Assembly: GCA_044440125.1 (NCBI GenBank)
Contig: JBITAJ010000017.1
Span: forward strand, 64,001 to 128,000
Direction: 5' to 3'
Origin: Sedimentisphaeraceae bacterium JB056
Lineage (GTDB): Bacteria > Planctomycetota > Phycisphaerae > Sedimentisphaerales > Sedimentisphaeraceae
DNA: 64,000 bases
How positions within the stretch are numbered: the stretch's first letter is position 1; each line of letters starts with the position of its first letter. A program made the position numbers and the translations under genes. Shown one piece after another: positions 29,718 to 39,824 of the stretch. The notes under the pieces are model-generated. The model saw nothing but the letters and a program-made list of their open reading frames with translations, ran no database searches and had not been told where the DNA came from.

Positions 29718-30821
29718 ATGGGAAATGCGATGAATATAAATGACCAGAGGCTCAAGTCTTTGTTTCGTGATATGGTGGATATTTACAGTCCATCGGGCAA
29801 GGAAGAGGAAATAACCGAGATGCTTGCCGGTTATCTTCACGAACATGGATTGCCGGTAACATTGCGAGAGGTAAGCGATGGGCGGCGAAATGTCGAGGTA
29901 GTATTCTCGGACAAAAGACCTGATGTTGCTTTTATCGGACATATTGATACGGTTCCCGCGTTTGATATTGAAGAGTATTGTTTTGAAGAAAAAGATGGTA
30001 TCATAAGCGGGCTTGGTACAGCTGATATGAAAGGCGGCTGCGCGGCAATGATAGAGGCGTTTGTCAAAATGGTGGAGGCCGGCAAACTTACAGACAGGGC
30101 GGGGCTGTTTCTCGTTGTCGGTGAAGAAGAGACCGGTGACGGAACAGCGGCATTGCTTGAATCTCGTTCTTTCCCATGGGCTGTAGTTGCCGAACCGACC
30201 AATTTGCTGCCGTGCTTATCGCATTACGGATATATGGAGATGTTTGTCAGGGCATTTGGTACAAGACGGCATGCATCAAAGGCAGGACGCGAGTATAATT
30301 CAATATTCGGAATGCTCAATATGCTTCTTACACTTGGCAGGCGTTTTGAAGATAAACATAAAAATGCCGTACTCAATATTCGCGATATACACAGCTCTGA
30401 GTCAGGGTTTGCTGTGCCGGGCAGTTGTGAGGCATGGCTTGATTTTCATATGCCGCCGAATTCAAATCTTGCGGAGCTTTCACGGCAGCTTGAGAAGATA
30501 GTTGACGACAGTCTCAAGGGCAGTGCGGCAACAAGGTATGAGATTGATTTCCCAACTCTTGCCGAAGGATATATGCTTCAAGAGAAGGGCCTTGTACCGG
30601 AGTTGCTTAAAGGGATTTACGAGCGGCTCTCATTGGAATGGAAGCCGGGAGCATTTGAGAGTCATTCCGATGCCAATCTTCTGTGGGAGGCAGGGTGCAA
30701 GCCTGTTATACTTGGGCCGGGCCAGCTTGCCAAGGCGCATACCAGTGATGAGTCGGTGAAATTTGAGCAGGTCTCAACAGCAGCTGAAATATATTATCAG
30801 ATGCTTACTGGCTTGGATTAG
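29718..30821 (+). CDS. M20 metallo-amidohydrolase (ArgE/DapE-like)
   Basis: GHIDTVP, GLGTADMKGG, VGEE, AEPT, AHTSDE. Confidence 0.9.
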   Translation: MGNAMNINDQRLKSLFRDMVDIYSPSGKEEEITEMLAGYLHEHGLPVTLREVSDGRRNVEVVFSDKRPDVAFIGHIDTVPAFDIEEYCFEEKDGIISGLGTADMKGGCAAMIEAFVKMVEAGKLTDRAGLFLVVGEEETGDGTAALLESRSFPWAVVAEPTNLLPCLSHYGYMEMFVRAFGTRRHASKAGREYNSIFGMLNMLLTLGRRFEDKHKNAVLNIRDIHSSESGFAVPGSCEAWLDFHMPPNSNLAELSRQLEKIVDDSLKGSAATRYEIDFPTLAEGYMLQEKGLVPELLKGIYERLSLEWKPGAFESHSDANLLWEAGCKPVILGPGQLAKAHTSDESVKFEQVSTAAEIYYQMLTGLD

Positions 30822-30837
30822 CCTTAACAGAAGCAGA

Positions 30838-31608
30838 TCAGCTTTCGATTGCCTTTTTCTTTCTTCTTTTTCTTGTTAGAAGACAGAACGCAATACTTAA
30901 TTCATATAAGATATAGAGCGGACATGCCAGTGCTATTTGCGAGATAATATCCGGTGGAGTTACTATAGCTGCTATTACCACTAATGCCATTATAACTATT
31001 TTTCGGCCCTTGTTGAGCATTTCTATGGTTACAAGTCCAAGCATTTCGGCGAAGATGATTGCTATAGGCAGTTGAAAGGCTAAACCAAAGATGAGCGTAA
31101 GCGACAGTATGAAGTTGATATAGTTCTGGAGTGTGACATTGACCTCTACGAATTCGATACCCGTTTCGAAATTTATGAAGAACGAGAGGGCCATTGGTGC
31201 TATCACAGTGATGAAGAATATCGAGCCGGCCATAAAAAGGGCGGCGCTGAGGGGCGAAACGGTATGTATGAATCGCACTTCTTTCTTGTAGAGTCCGGGA
31301 GCAATGAATTTCCATAAATGATAGAATATCCACGGTGCGGCAAGTACAATTCCGAATACGAGAGCACACTTTACATAGACAACGAACTGCTCGCTTGGCT
31401 GTATCGCCTGGAGTGTTGCGTCAAGGCCTGCTGATTCCATCGCTTTTTTGTAAGGCATGGATGCAAGCTTGAGTATGAATTTGCCGAAGAAAAGGCATAC
31501 GACAAAACCGCCTAAGATGCCGCTTATTGCCATTATAAGTCTGTACCTGAGGTCTTCGAGGTGTTCACCAAGACTCATCGACTCTAATTTTTCTTCATTC
31601 TTGCTCAT
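30838..31608 (-). CDS. tatC: Twin-arginine translocase subunit TatC
   Basis: MSLGEHLEDLRYRL, WKFIAPGLY, FGLAFQLP, TPPD. Confidence 0.95.
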   Translation of the reverse strand: MSKNEEKLESMSLGEHLEDLRYRLIMAISGILGGFVVCLFFGKFILKLASMPYKKAMESAGLDATLQAIQPSEQFVVYVKCALVFGIVLAAPWIFYHLWKFIAPGLYKKEVRFIHTVSPLSAALFMAGSIFFITVIAPMALSFFINFETGIEFVEVNVTLQNYINFILSLTLIFGLAFQLPIAIIFAEMLGLVTIEMLNKGRKIVIMALVVIAAIVTPPDIISQIALACPLYILYELSIAFCLLTRKRRKKKAIES

Positions 31609-31656
31609 TTTTCACAATGCCTGTTTTATCTTGAAATATTCTGTTTTATTATTCGA

Positions 31657-32499
31657 TTAGCCGGACCGCTTAATCAGCTCTTGAAAGGCTGATTGGAGTT
31701 TTCTGGTTTTGGGGCCGGTTAGGCCGCCTGAGACCTTTCGTCCTTCGACTTCTACGATACCGACTATATCTTTAGTCGTTACTCCCATGAACATTTCATC
31801 GGCTTTATAAAGGTCGTATGGGCAAAGTATTTTTTCAACCATATTCATTCCGGTCATTTCTGCAATTTGTGAGATAAACCCGCGTGTTATGCTTGGCAAT
31901 ATGTCGTGTCCAAGCGGTCTTGTTACGATATCATTACCGAATATTGCTGCGAATGTAGAGCTTGAGCCTTCTGTTACATCGCCGCGACCGTCAAGAAGTA
32001 TGGCTTCGTAGCACCCTTTTTGCTTTGCGTAATGTTTTGCGAGGACATTAGCGAGTAAGTTCAGGGATTTGATATCGCATCGATCCCAGCGTATATCTTT
32101 GTAAAAGCAAACTTTTACGCCTGTCTCTTTGAGCGTTTCATAATCGGTTATCTCGCTGAGGGTCAGGAAGAAATTGGGTTTCATATCATCAGACCAGTTA
32201 TGGTCTCGCGGACCTGAACCTCTTGTGATGTGAAAATATATTGCACAGTTGGGCTTTTGCGCCTTTTCGAATGCAGCCATTATTCGTTTTCGTACATCAT
32301 CAATATCAATATTGTTTATCTCTATAGCCTTCAGGCTTCGCTCGAAACGTGCCAGATGCTGATCGAGCGCAAATATTTTGCCGTTATAGCTTCTTATTAC
32401 TTCATAAACACCATCACCGAAGAATGTGCCTCTGTCCATGTAGGCAGGATCTAAAAGCTCTGGATCAATAATTTTATCTTGGATCATCGCCAGTTCCAT
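31657..32499 (-). CDS. dat: Class IV PLP aminotransferase (D-amino-acid aminotransferase-like)
   Basis: DRGTFFGDGVYEV, RW.RCDIKSLNLL, EGSSS, ILPSITR; ATG at 32499 with AAGGGAG SD, overlapping nrdR 3' end. Confidence 0.82.
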   Translation of the reverse strand: MELAMIQDKIIDPELLDPAYMDRGTFFGDGVYEVIRSYNGKIFALDQHLARFERSLKAIEINNIDIDDVRKRIMAAFEKAQKPNCAIYFHITRGSGPRDHNWSDDMKPNFFLTLSEITDYETLKETGVKVCFYKDIRWDRCDIKSLNLLANVLAKHYAKQKGCYEAILLDGRGDVTEGSSSTFAAIFGNDIVTRPLGHDILPSITRGFISQIAEMTGMNMVEKILCPYDLYKADEMFMGVTTKDIVGIVEVEGRKVSGGLTGPKTRKLQSAFQELIKRSG

Positions 32500-32998
32500 C
32501 GGCAATATTCTCCCTTGAATCATTTTCAAACTTGTGTTGTGTGTGATTGTTGTCAGACATACTTGCTTCATCAATGAAGTCTTCTGCCGCATTGAATTCC
32601 CGGTAAACACTTGCAAACCTTATATATGCAACCTTGTCGACAAGTCTGAGATGATCCATTATGCTCTCACCTATGAATCGTGATGAGACCTCTTTATCAG
32701 AGTGGCGGAATATTTCTTCTTCAACCTTGTCGGCCAGAGAACGTATCTGAGCTACTGAAATGGGCCGTTTGTAACAGGCCTTTTCCAAGCCGCTGATAAG
32801 TTTTTGGCGGTCGTATGGTACTCTTGTATTATCTTTCTTAACAACGTTAAGGCCAATTTCTTCACTTACTTTCTCGTAAGTAGTAAACCGTTTATTGCAA
32901 CTCAAGCAATAACGGCGTCGGCGTATTACCTGTCCACCGTCGGAAGAACGTGAATCAACCACTTTATCATTGTCTACTTTACAATAAGGGCAAAGCAC
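32474..32998 (-). CDS. nrdR: Transcriptional repressor NrdR
   Basis: CPYC..DKVVDSR..IRRRRYC..C..RFTTYE, ATP cone, VAYIRFASVYREF; GTG start with AGGAG SD. Confidence 0.96.
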   Translation of the reverse strand: MLCPYCKVDNDKVVDSRSSDGGQVIRRRRYCLSCNKRFTTYEKVSEEIGLNVVKKDNTRVPYDRQKLISGLEKACYKRPISVAQIRSLADKVEEEIFRHSDKEVSSRFIGESIMDHLRLVDKVAYIRFASVYREFNAAEDFIDEASMSDNNHTQHKFENDSRENIADGTGDDPR

Positions 32999-33099
32999 TT
33001 TAACTCCTGAACTATTTCAGATGCGCTACCAAACTACGGCACACAACCCCGGCTGGCTATGTCGCAGGCCTTATACTAACAAAGCAAAACTGTGCCGCT

Positions 33100-33151
33100 A
33101 TACAACATATTGTCGAGAGGTATTTTACAGCCTATAGATATAGTGTGTCAA
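33100..33151 (-). promoter_or_regulatory. nrdR promoter overlapped by two tandem NrdR boxes
   Basis: ATACAACATATTGTCG (33100-33115) and CCTATAGATATAGTGT (33131-33146), 31 bp start-to-start; minus-strand TTGACA (33151-33146)-18 bp-TAAAAT (33127-33122). Confidence 0.75.
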
Positions 33152-33245
33152 CATAAAAATAAGGCAACAACAAAAACCTGCAGAAAAATATTTGCAAAAT
33201 AATAGAAATGGTATTCAGAAGAAAAAGCAGCCGACTTTTAAAAAC

Positions 33246-33278
33246 AAAAAACCCCGCTTAAAATATCAAAGCGGGGTT
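33246..33278 (-). terminator. Intrinsic terminator after tRNA-Val
   Basis: AACCCCGCTT/AAGCGGGGTT stem with T run on minus strand. Confidence 0.85.
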
Positions 33279-33290
33279 AAAATATCGTAA

Positions 33291-33364
33291 TGGGCGATAC
33301 TGGACTCGAACCAGTGACCCCCTGCTTGTAAGGCAGGTGCTCTAGCCGACTGAGCTAATCGCCC
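33291..33364 (-). tRNA. tRNA-Val(TAC), CCA not encoded
   Basis: GGGCGATTAGCTCAG...CCTGC-CTTACAA-GCAGG...GGTTCGAGTCC...ATCGCCCA. Confidence 0.97.
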
Positions 33365-33775
33365 TTTAGGAGTTGCGTATGATATTGATTCTCAGAATCA
33401 AGTCAACTACAAAATGATGTTTTTTGTGAAAAATAAGGAAAAAACTTATTGAATGCTAACAGCCCGAGATTAAAATGTATATTTGAGTCTCGGGGCTTTG
33501 CCTAAACCTTTTTCTGTCGATTATTTTTATAAAGACAAAGGCTTTTTTATGTGTATTCGGTCATCAATCTTGTTTAAAAAGGTTTTGAGGCTCTTAAACG
33601 GCATAAAATGAATTTTTTAAAAAGCAGGAAACTTGTATTAAAAGCTTGATTTTAAAGGGTTTTTTATGTAGTATCATAGGATAGAACTACCGTTTTTAGT
33701 TTTAATGGCGGAACTGTCTATAGTGTTTTTTGTGAAAAATGAGGTTAAAATTAATATAATATTGAGGAAAGAGAG

Positions 33776-34417
33776 ATGTCTGACATATTGAAAGTGGAGC
33801 GTAAATTCTTTCTCATGCTTGCTTTATGTGTTATGTTTATCTCGGTTAACGTAAAGGCAGAAAAATATATGCTTTATACCGAGAAGACACTGGCACAAGC
33901 AGGTGTTGTAACACCGTCGGTCCAAGAAGCTCACTTCTACGAAGCAGGGGAGGTAGTAACACTTACTGCACAGCCTTATCAAGGTTATGAGTTTGTTTAC
34001 TGGCTTGGTGACGTAGAAGAGAAGACTGCCAGAACAACTAAAGTTATTCTGGACGGCCCACGTTATGTGGTAGCGGTTTTTGAGCCTTCTATCAGCGGTG
34101 AGGGGGTTGAGTATGGGATTAAGAGTCTTGAGGAAGGCGGCGGAGTTGCTGCATCAAGCTCAGGAACATCCATGTTCGGTAATTCTATTACCCAATCAGG
34201 ATATACAGGTGTTGGTGCATATATGAAAGATAGTCAAAGGCCCGGTACATTGACCCAGCCTACTTCATCTTCATCTCCATCGCCCACTTACAGGCCTCCA
34301 AGTGAAATTAATCCTAATCCTGTAATTCCGGAGCCTGCAACTCTGACATTGTTCGGTCTTGGAGCCCTTGGAGTAACAGCGAGAAGAGTTATCCGTAAGA
34401 AAAAGCTTGAAGCTTAA
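33776..34417 (+). CDS. PEP-CTERM protein with InlB-B-repeat-like domain
   Basis: Signal peptide; VTLTAQPYQGYEFVYW; Ser/Pro/Thr linker; IPEPATLTLFGLGALGV + basic tail. Confidence 0.88.
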   Translation: MSDILKVERKFFLMLALCVMFISVNVKAEKYMLYTEKTLAQAGVVTPSVQEAHFYEAGEVVTLTAQPYQGYEFVYWLGDVEEKTARTTKVILDGPRYVVAVFEPSISGEGVEYGIKSLEEGGGVAASSSGTSMFGNSITQSGYTGVGAYMKDSQRPGTLTQPTSSSSPSPTYRPPSEINPNPVIPEPATLTLFGLGALGVTARRVIRKKKLEA

Positions 34418-34475
34418 TTATAGTTGTGAGGTTGGTTAATTTTGAGAGATAAGTAATAATATGGAGATATATATT

Positions 34476-37400
34476 ATGAATAAAAAGATGTTTACTACAG
34501 TTTTAGCGGTACTTAGTTTATTTTCAGCAGCTTTTGCCGCAACTTACAGTGGAGGATCAGGTACAGCGATCGATCCTTATATAGTATCCAGCGCTACAGA
34601 CATTCAGACACTTAGCCAGACATCAGCGGACTGGTCAAGTGCCTTTTCTGTTTCTGCAGATATTGATGTTTCCGCTTTGGCTCTTGATCCTATAGGTACT
34701 TTTGCGGTACCGTTTAGCGGAAGCTTTGAAGGTGGTTCAAATACTATAACATACAGTTACTCAGATGAACTTTCTTCTGACTGGACAGCTGGTCTGTTTG
34801 GTTATGTTACTGGTTCGGTAAGTAATTTATCAGTTGATGCTGCAATGACTCCCCAGGAGATGATAATTCCTATCGAAAGCGGATGGATTGGCGGTATTGT
34901 TGCTGTTAACGGTGGAACAGTGTCAAGCTGTACCCTTCTTTCAAGCAGCAGTATTACAGTCGAGTCGAGCGGCGGCAGCGGATCTAACGTAGCTGTCGGA
35001 GGTATCGTTGGCGGTAATGATGGTACTATTGAAGATTGCCAAATGTTTGGATCTATATCAGGCGATGTATTTAATGTTTATGCCGGTGGTATAGCCGGTT
35101 CTAACGGTGGTATTATCGATGGTTGTGGTTTTTATGGTTCGGCATCTATTGATATCGGTAATGTTGATGTAATGAGTCTGCCTTATAACTTCTTTACTGC
35201 TGCAGGCGGTATTGCCGGTTACAGTTTTGGTGAAGCTCAGATCCTTGACTGTTCGACATCAAGCACAACTGAGGTAGTTAATGCAGCTTATGATGGTTAT
35301 GTCGGTGGTATAGCCGGTATTAACTCTGCTCTCATAGACGGCGCAAGCACAGAAGCGAGTGTTACATTCACTGACGTAAGTGGTCAGGTAGGCGGCTTGT
35401 GCGGTTATAACTACATGGGATATATATACCAGTCAGAAGCAGTTTGCGATGTTTCTGCATCAAGCAACTTCTTCCATGAGACAGGTGGATTCGTAGGTGT
35501 AAACATGCAGGCTGATATTGAAGAGAGCTATTTCTTCGGAACAGTTCAGAGCAGCTCAAATTCAAGTACGGCCGGTATGTTTGTCGGTGCTAACAGTTCA
35601 AGTTCAGATATAATCAACTGTTATGCTATCGGCCAGGCCAGTATGCCAAGTATTCTAAGAGCTATGATAGTTGGCGGTTTTGCTGGCGTTAATGATGCTA
35701 GTGCTTCAATAACAAACAGTTATGTTGTAGATAAAGAATCTAAGACAAATTATTCATTAGATGATGAAAGCAATGGCGGCGGTCTTATTGGTTACAAGGA
35801 ATCAGGAGCTGTTACAGCTGCTTTCTGGAACTATGAGACAGTTGGTATTGATCCTTCTTTCAGCGTAGGCTATGGCGATGATACAGGTGCTATGCCTCAG
35901 ACAACTTCTGTGATGAAAACTCAGAGTACATTTACTACCCAGAGCTGGGATTTCTCTACTGTCTGGACTATGTCTGGAGCAGGATCTGAATTTGAAGGTT
36001 ATCCTATATTATCATGGCAGGTTACTACTCCGGGTGTTGATACTCTTGACATAAATCTTGTTGTAGGCTGGAACTGGATATCTTTCAATGTTCTGCCGCA
36101 GGATACAACTCTATCGAATGTTCTTGCTGATTATGCATCAATTGCCGCAGACGGTGATCAAATACTTGCAGAAAACGGCCAGAACGCTACTTATTTCGGT
36201 GGCCAATGGTTTGGTACACTCGAAACGTCCGGCACAATAGAGCCTGGTGAGATGTATAAGCTTAAGAGTGCTAATGGCGGCATGATAACTGTTGAAGGCA
36301 GTTATGTTGATCCGGCAACATCTATACAGCTTGTACAGGGCTGGAATTGGTTGGGATATACGCTTAGCGGACCGTCTAACTTCGTTGACGCAATCGCTAC
36401 GCTTAATGCCGCAGACAATGACTATATTACAAACCAGTTGGGTCAAAACAGTACTTATTACCAAGGTACATGGTATGGCAATCTTGCAACACTTACACCT
36501 GGTTTGGGTTATATGCTTAAAGTTGATACTCCTCAAGCATTCATTTACAACAATGTTGTAGCTACTAATATCAGTGCTCCGAAGATGGTTGAGCCTTCTT
36601 CTGCACCTGATTGGGAAAGTCCTCTTGGTTTGCAGAACACAATGACCGTATATGCACAGATAGAGACTCCCTCTGGAGATCCGGTTGCTGAATTATCAGG
36701 CAGTATGCTTTCGGCATGGAACGGTGATGATATCGCCGGCGTTGTAGATGTCTCTGCAGGGCCTTTTGGTGCATACTATCAGCTTTCTGTTTTCAGTGAT
36801 CAGACCAGTGTACCTGGTATGACTCTAAAGGTTTATGATGCGGATACTGACACTATATATCCGATTAACGAAACATTCGATTTTGTTAGCGGAAATGATA
36901 TTGGAGAGTTTACATCTCCTGAGATATTTACTATAGGTCAGCCTACTGTTTATTATACCGTTACATTCGATGCAGGAACTAATGGTTCTATAACTGACGG
37001 CGATGCCACACAGCAAGTTGAAGAAGGCACAGATGCAGTAGCACCAACCGTTGAAGCCAACACTGGCTGGATATTTGCAGGTTGGGACGTTGCTTACACT
37101 AATGTTACAAGTGATATAACAGTAACAGCACAATATGATCCACAGACTTTCACTGTTACTTTCGTTGCAGGCAACAACGGTTCAATAACAGCAGGCGAAG
37201 CTGTTCAGACCGTAAATTACGGCGATGACGCTGTTGCCCCTACAGTCACACCGACAGCCGGTTATGATTTTGTTGGATGGGACGCTGAGTTTACGGATGT
37301 TACTGCTGACATTACAGTAAATGCCTTGTATGATGTTCCTGAATTTACAGTAACATTTGATGCTGGAACTAACGGTTCTATAACTGCCGGAGATGCCGTG

Positions 37401-39737
37401 CAGACTGTTGGTTATGGCAATGCTGCGGCAGAACCTACAGTAACAGCTAACACAGGTTGGGTATTTACAGGTTGGGATGTTGCATTTGACAATATTACCG
37501 ATGATCTTACAGTAACCGCTCAATATCAAGTTCAGACATTTACCGTTACATTTGATGCTGGTGTTAAAGGCTCAATAGCTTCAGGCACTGCTGTACAGAC
37601 GATTGCTTATGGGCAGGGTGCTGTTGCACCAAGCATTACACCATATGCAGGTTGGGTATTCAGCGGATGGGATGTTGTCTTTAACAATATTACAGACGAT
37701 CTTACAGTAACCGCTTTGTATGATGCCCAGATATGCACCGTAACATTTGAAGAAGGTGATTTTGGCTGCATATATACAGGACAGACGGAACAGGACGTTG
37801 TTTATGGCGGCAGTGCAGACTCTCCAGTTGTAATGCCGGAATATGGTTATAAATTCTCCGGTTGGAGTGATGATATTACCGGTGTTACAGGTGATTTGAC
37901 TGTGACAGCTCAGTATACTGAACTTGGTGAGCTTAACTGCTTCGATGCTGATCTTAACGATGATATGTTAGTTGATGATATTGATTTGGTTATGCTTGCT
38001 TCTGATTGGCTTGACAATGGTACACTTGACGGCGATGCTGATGGAAACCTGTGGGCTAATGTATGGGATTATTCTCTGCTTAGTGATTGCTGGTTAGCAT
38101 CATTGGGTGGCGAGCTTGATATTAATCTTGTAGTTGGTACCAACTGGATATCTTTCAATGTTCTTCCTGAAGGTGCTGGTATAGAAGATGTAATGGCTGA
38201 CTTTGCGTCAATCGCTACCGATGGCGATAAGCTGTTTGCAGAGGACGGCCTTAATGCTACCTATTTTGGTGGTCAATGGTACGGCACGCTTAAGGATAGC
38301 GGTTCTATTGAAGCAGGTTTGATGTACAAGTTGAAGACAGCTCAGGCTGGAACATTTACAGTACAGGGAGTACCTGTTGATCCTGAAACTACTATTGACT
38401 TGATTTCTGGCTGGAACTGGCTTGGTTACACACCTGCACAGGCTATGCCTCTTAATACCCTTATGAGTGGCCTTAACGCAACTGATGGTGACTACATCGT
38501 TGCTCAGAATGGTAAGAATGCTACATATTGGGGCGGCCAGTGGTATGGTCAGCTTGCACAACTGGAGCCGGGAATGGGTTATATGCTGAAGGTTGCGAAT
38601 GCTCAGACCTTTACCTATAACACTATGGCTGTATCGTCTGCTGATTTTAATATAGCTATATCTATCGAAGCAGTACCTGCAACATGGGTTAGTCCGGTTG
38701 GACTTCAAAATACAATGAAAATCAATGCTCAGGTAATGCAGGGCATGAATTATGTAGGCACTGCCGCCGGCAGTAAGCTCTCAGCTTGGGATCCTGACGG
38801 AAATATAGCAGGTGTTGCTGATGTTGTTGTTGGTCCTGCTGGCAGTGAATTCATTTTGTCAGTATTTAGCAATGAAACAAATGTTTCTGATATGACATTG
38901 AGACTTTACGATGCTGATGCCGATATGGTCTATAATGTTATCGAGACATTTGATTTTGTTGATGGTGCTGAAATCGGGCTTATAGTAACACCAGAGATAT
39001 ATCATATTCCTGATGATTGGGAAAATCCTGTTGGACTTGAGTATACAATGGTCCTTTATGCACAGGTTGAGATGGATGATGTTCAGATCGCTACAGCGGC
39101 CGGCAGTCTTATGTCTGTCTGGGATCCTGAAGGAAATATAGCAGGTGTTGCTGAAGTTACGGCAGGTCCGAGCGGTCCACTTTTTGTCCTTTCGATCTTC
39201 AGTGATTTAGCAGAAGTTGACAACTTGAAACTGAAGCTTTATGACTCGGAGACAGGCCTTTATTATGATATTAACGGTACAATTGATTTTGTTGCAAATA
39301 CAACGCTGGGTACACTAATCGATCCAATAATATTCACAGTTGGTGGACTTGATTGGTTCGAGGAAGATACTGGAGAACCAGCTACTACATGGATTATCGA
39401 CGGAGAGAATTTTGAATCAGGTGCTGTTGATGCTATGACAGGCAGCGGTATCAGCTCTGCTCCAATAGATGTATCAGGATATAGTACGGTTAGCTTTGAT
39501 GTTCAAACAGATTGTGGTAATCAGTGTTTCCTTATCTTTGGTATAACTGATGCAGCTGGAACTTATCATATTGTTGACTACTGGAGCGGCTTGACACCTG
39601 TAACACCTGTTACAGTAGACTTGGCCCCTTATAAGGTTGCCGGTGATAATATCATATTCCGCTGGACTTACTCAAAGGGCCGCTATACAGCCGGTGCTGA
39701 TAAAGTCTGGGTTTGGAATTTTGCTTTGAATAACTAA
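34476..39737 (+). CDS. Large acidic multi-domain surface protein (GLUG repeats, 5 InlB-B/Listeria-Bacteroides repeats, dockerin-like pair, two repeated unnamed domains)
   Basis: Signal peptide; YSGGSGT..DPY; GGI[AV]G.N repeats; INLVVG.NWISFNVLP x2; W..P.GL..TM...AQ x3; ATG at 34476 with GGAG SD. Confidence 0.9.
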   Translation: MNKKMFTTVLAVLSLFSAAFAATYSGGSGTAIDPYIVSSATDIQTLSQTSADWSSAFSVSADIDVSALALDPIGTFAVPFSGSFEGGSNTITYSYSDELSSDWTAGLFGYVTGSVSNLSVDAAMTPQEMIIPIESGWIGGIVAVNGGTVSSCTLLSSSSITVESSGGSGSNVAVGGIVGGNDGTIEDCQMFGSISGDVFNVYAGGIAGSNGGIIDGCGFYGSASIDIGNVDVMSLPYNFFTAAGGIAGYSFGEAQILDCSTSSTTEVVNAAYDGYVGGIAGINSALIDGASTEASVTFTDVSGQVGGLCGYNYMGYIYQSEAVCDVSASSNFFHETGGFVGVNMQADIEESYFFGTVQSSSNSSTAGMFVGANSSSSDIINCYAIGQASMPSILRAMIVGGFAGVNDASASITNSYVVDKESKTNYSLDDESNGGGLIGYKESGAVTAAFWNYETVGIDPSFSVGYGDDTGAMPQTTSVMKTQSTFTTQSWDFSTVWTMSGAGSEFEGYPILSWQVTTPGVDTLDINLVVGWNWISFNVLPQDTTLSNVLADYASIAADGDQILAENGQNATYFGGQWFGTLETSGTIEPGEMYKLKSANGGMITVEGSYVDPATSIQLVQGWNWLGYTLSGPSNFVDAIATLNAADNDYITNQLGQNSTYYQGTWYGNLATLTPGLGYMLKVDTPQAFIYNNVVATNISAPKMVEPSSAPDWESPLGLQNTMTVYAQIETPSGDPVAELSGSMLSAWNGDDIAGVVDVSAGPFGAYYQLSVFSDQTSVPGMTLKVYDADTDTIYPINETFDFVSGNDIGEFTSPEIFTIGQPTVYYTVTFDAGTNGSITDGDATQQVEEGTDAVAPTVEANTGWIFAGWDVAYTNVTSDITVTAQYDPQTFTVTFVAGNNGSITAGEAVQTVNYGDDAVAPTVTPTAGYDFVGWDAEFTDVTADITVNALYDVPEFTVTFDAGTNGSITAGDAVQTVGYGNAAAEPTVTANTGWVFTGWDVAFDNITDDLTVTAQYQVQTFTVTFDAGVKGSIASGTAVQTIAYGQGAVAPSITPYAGWVFSGWDVVFNNITDDLTVTALYDAQICTVTFEEGDFGCIYTGQTEQDVVYGGSADSPVVMPEYGYKFSGWSDDITGVTGDLTVTAQYTELGELNCFDADLNDDMLVDDIDLVMLASDWLDNGTLDGDADGNLWANVWDYSLLSDCWLASLGGELDINLVVGTNWISFNVLPEGAGIEDVMADFASIATDGDKLFAEDGLNATYFGGQWYGTLKDSGSIEAGLMYKLKTAQAGTFTVQGVPVDPETTIDLISGWNWLGYTPAQAMPLNTLMSGLNATDGDYIVAQNGKNATYWGGQWYGQLAQLEPGMGYMLKVANAQTFTYNTMAVSSADFNIAISIEAVPATWVSPVGLQNTMKINAQVMQGMNYVGTAAGSKLSAWDPDGNIAGVADVVVGPAGSEFILSVFSNETNVSDMTLRLYDADADMVYNVIETFDFVDGAEIGLIVTPEIYHIPDDWENPVGLEYTMVLYAQVEMDDVQIATAAGSLMSVWDPEGNIAGVAEVTAGPSGPLFVLSIFSDLAEVDNLKLKLYDSETGLYYDINGTIDFVANTTLGTLIDPIIFTVGGLDWFEEDTGEPATTWIIDGENFESGAVDAMTGSGISSAPIDVSGYSTVSFDVQTDCGNQCFLIFGITDAAGTYHIVDYWSGLTPVTPVTVDLAPYKVAGDNIIFRWTYSKGRYTAGADKVWVWNFALNN
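36950..37920 (+). repeat. Five tandem ~195-bp (65-aa) InlB-B-type repeats inside the large surface gene
   Basis: TVTF.AG..GSI..G.A.Q.V.YG..A.AP......G..F.GWD.....T.D.TVTA.Y. Confidence 0.88.
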
Positions 39738-39824
39738 TCAGGTTGGGAATAACGTAGTCGTAGAGTGTTGTCTGCGGCTACGGATAATTTTTGTCTATTA
39801 TACTTTAAATTTAAGGACTTAAAA

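Noticed and set aside
32500..32616. N-terminal extension of the aminotransferase ORF
   Set aside because: Lies within nrdR in another frame; SD-supported start is at 32499
36950..37920. Regular repeats as a CRISPR array
   Set aside because: In-frame 195-bp protein domain repeats with no spacers and no cas genes
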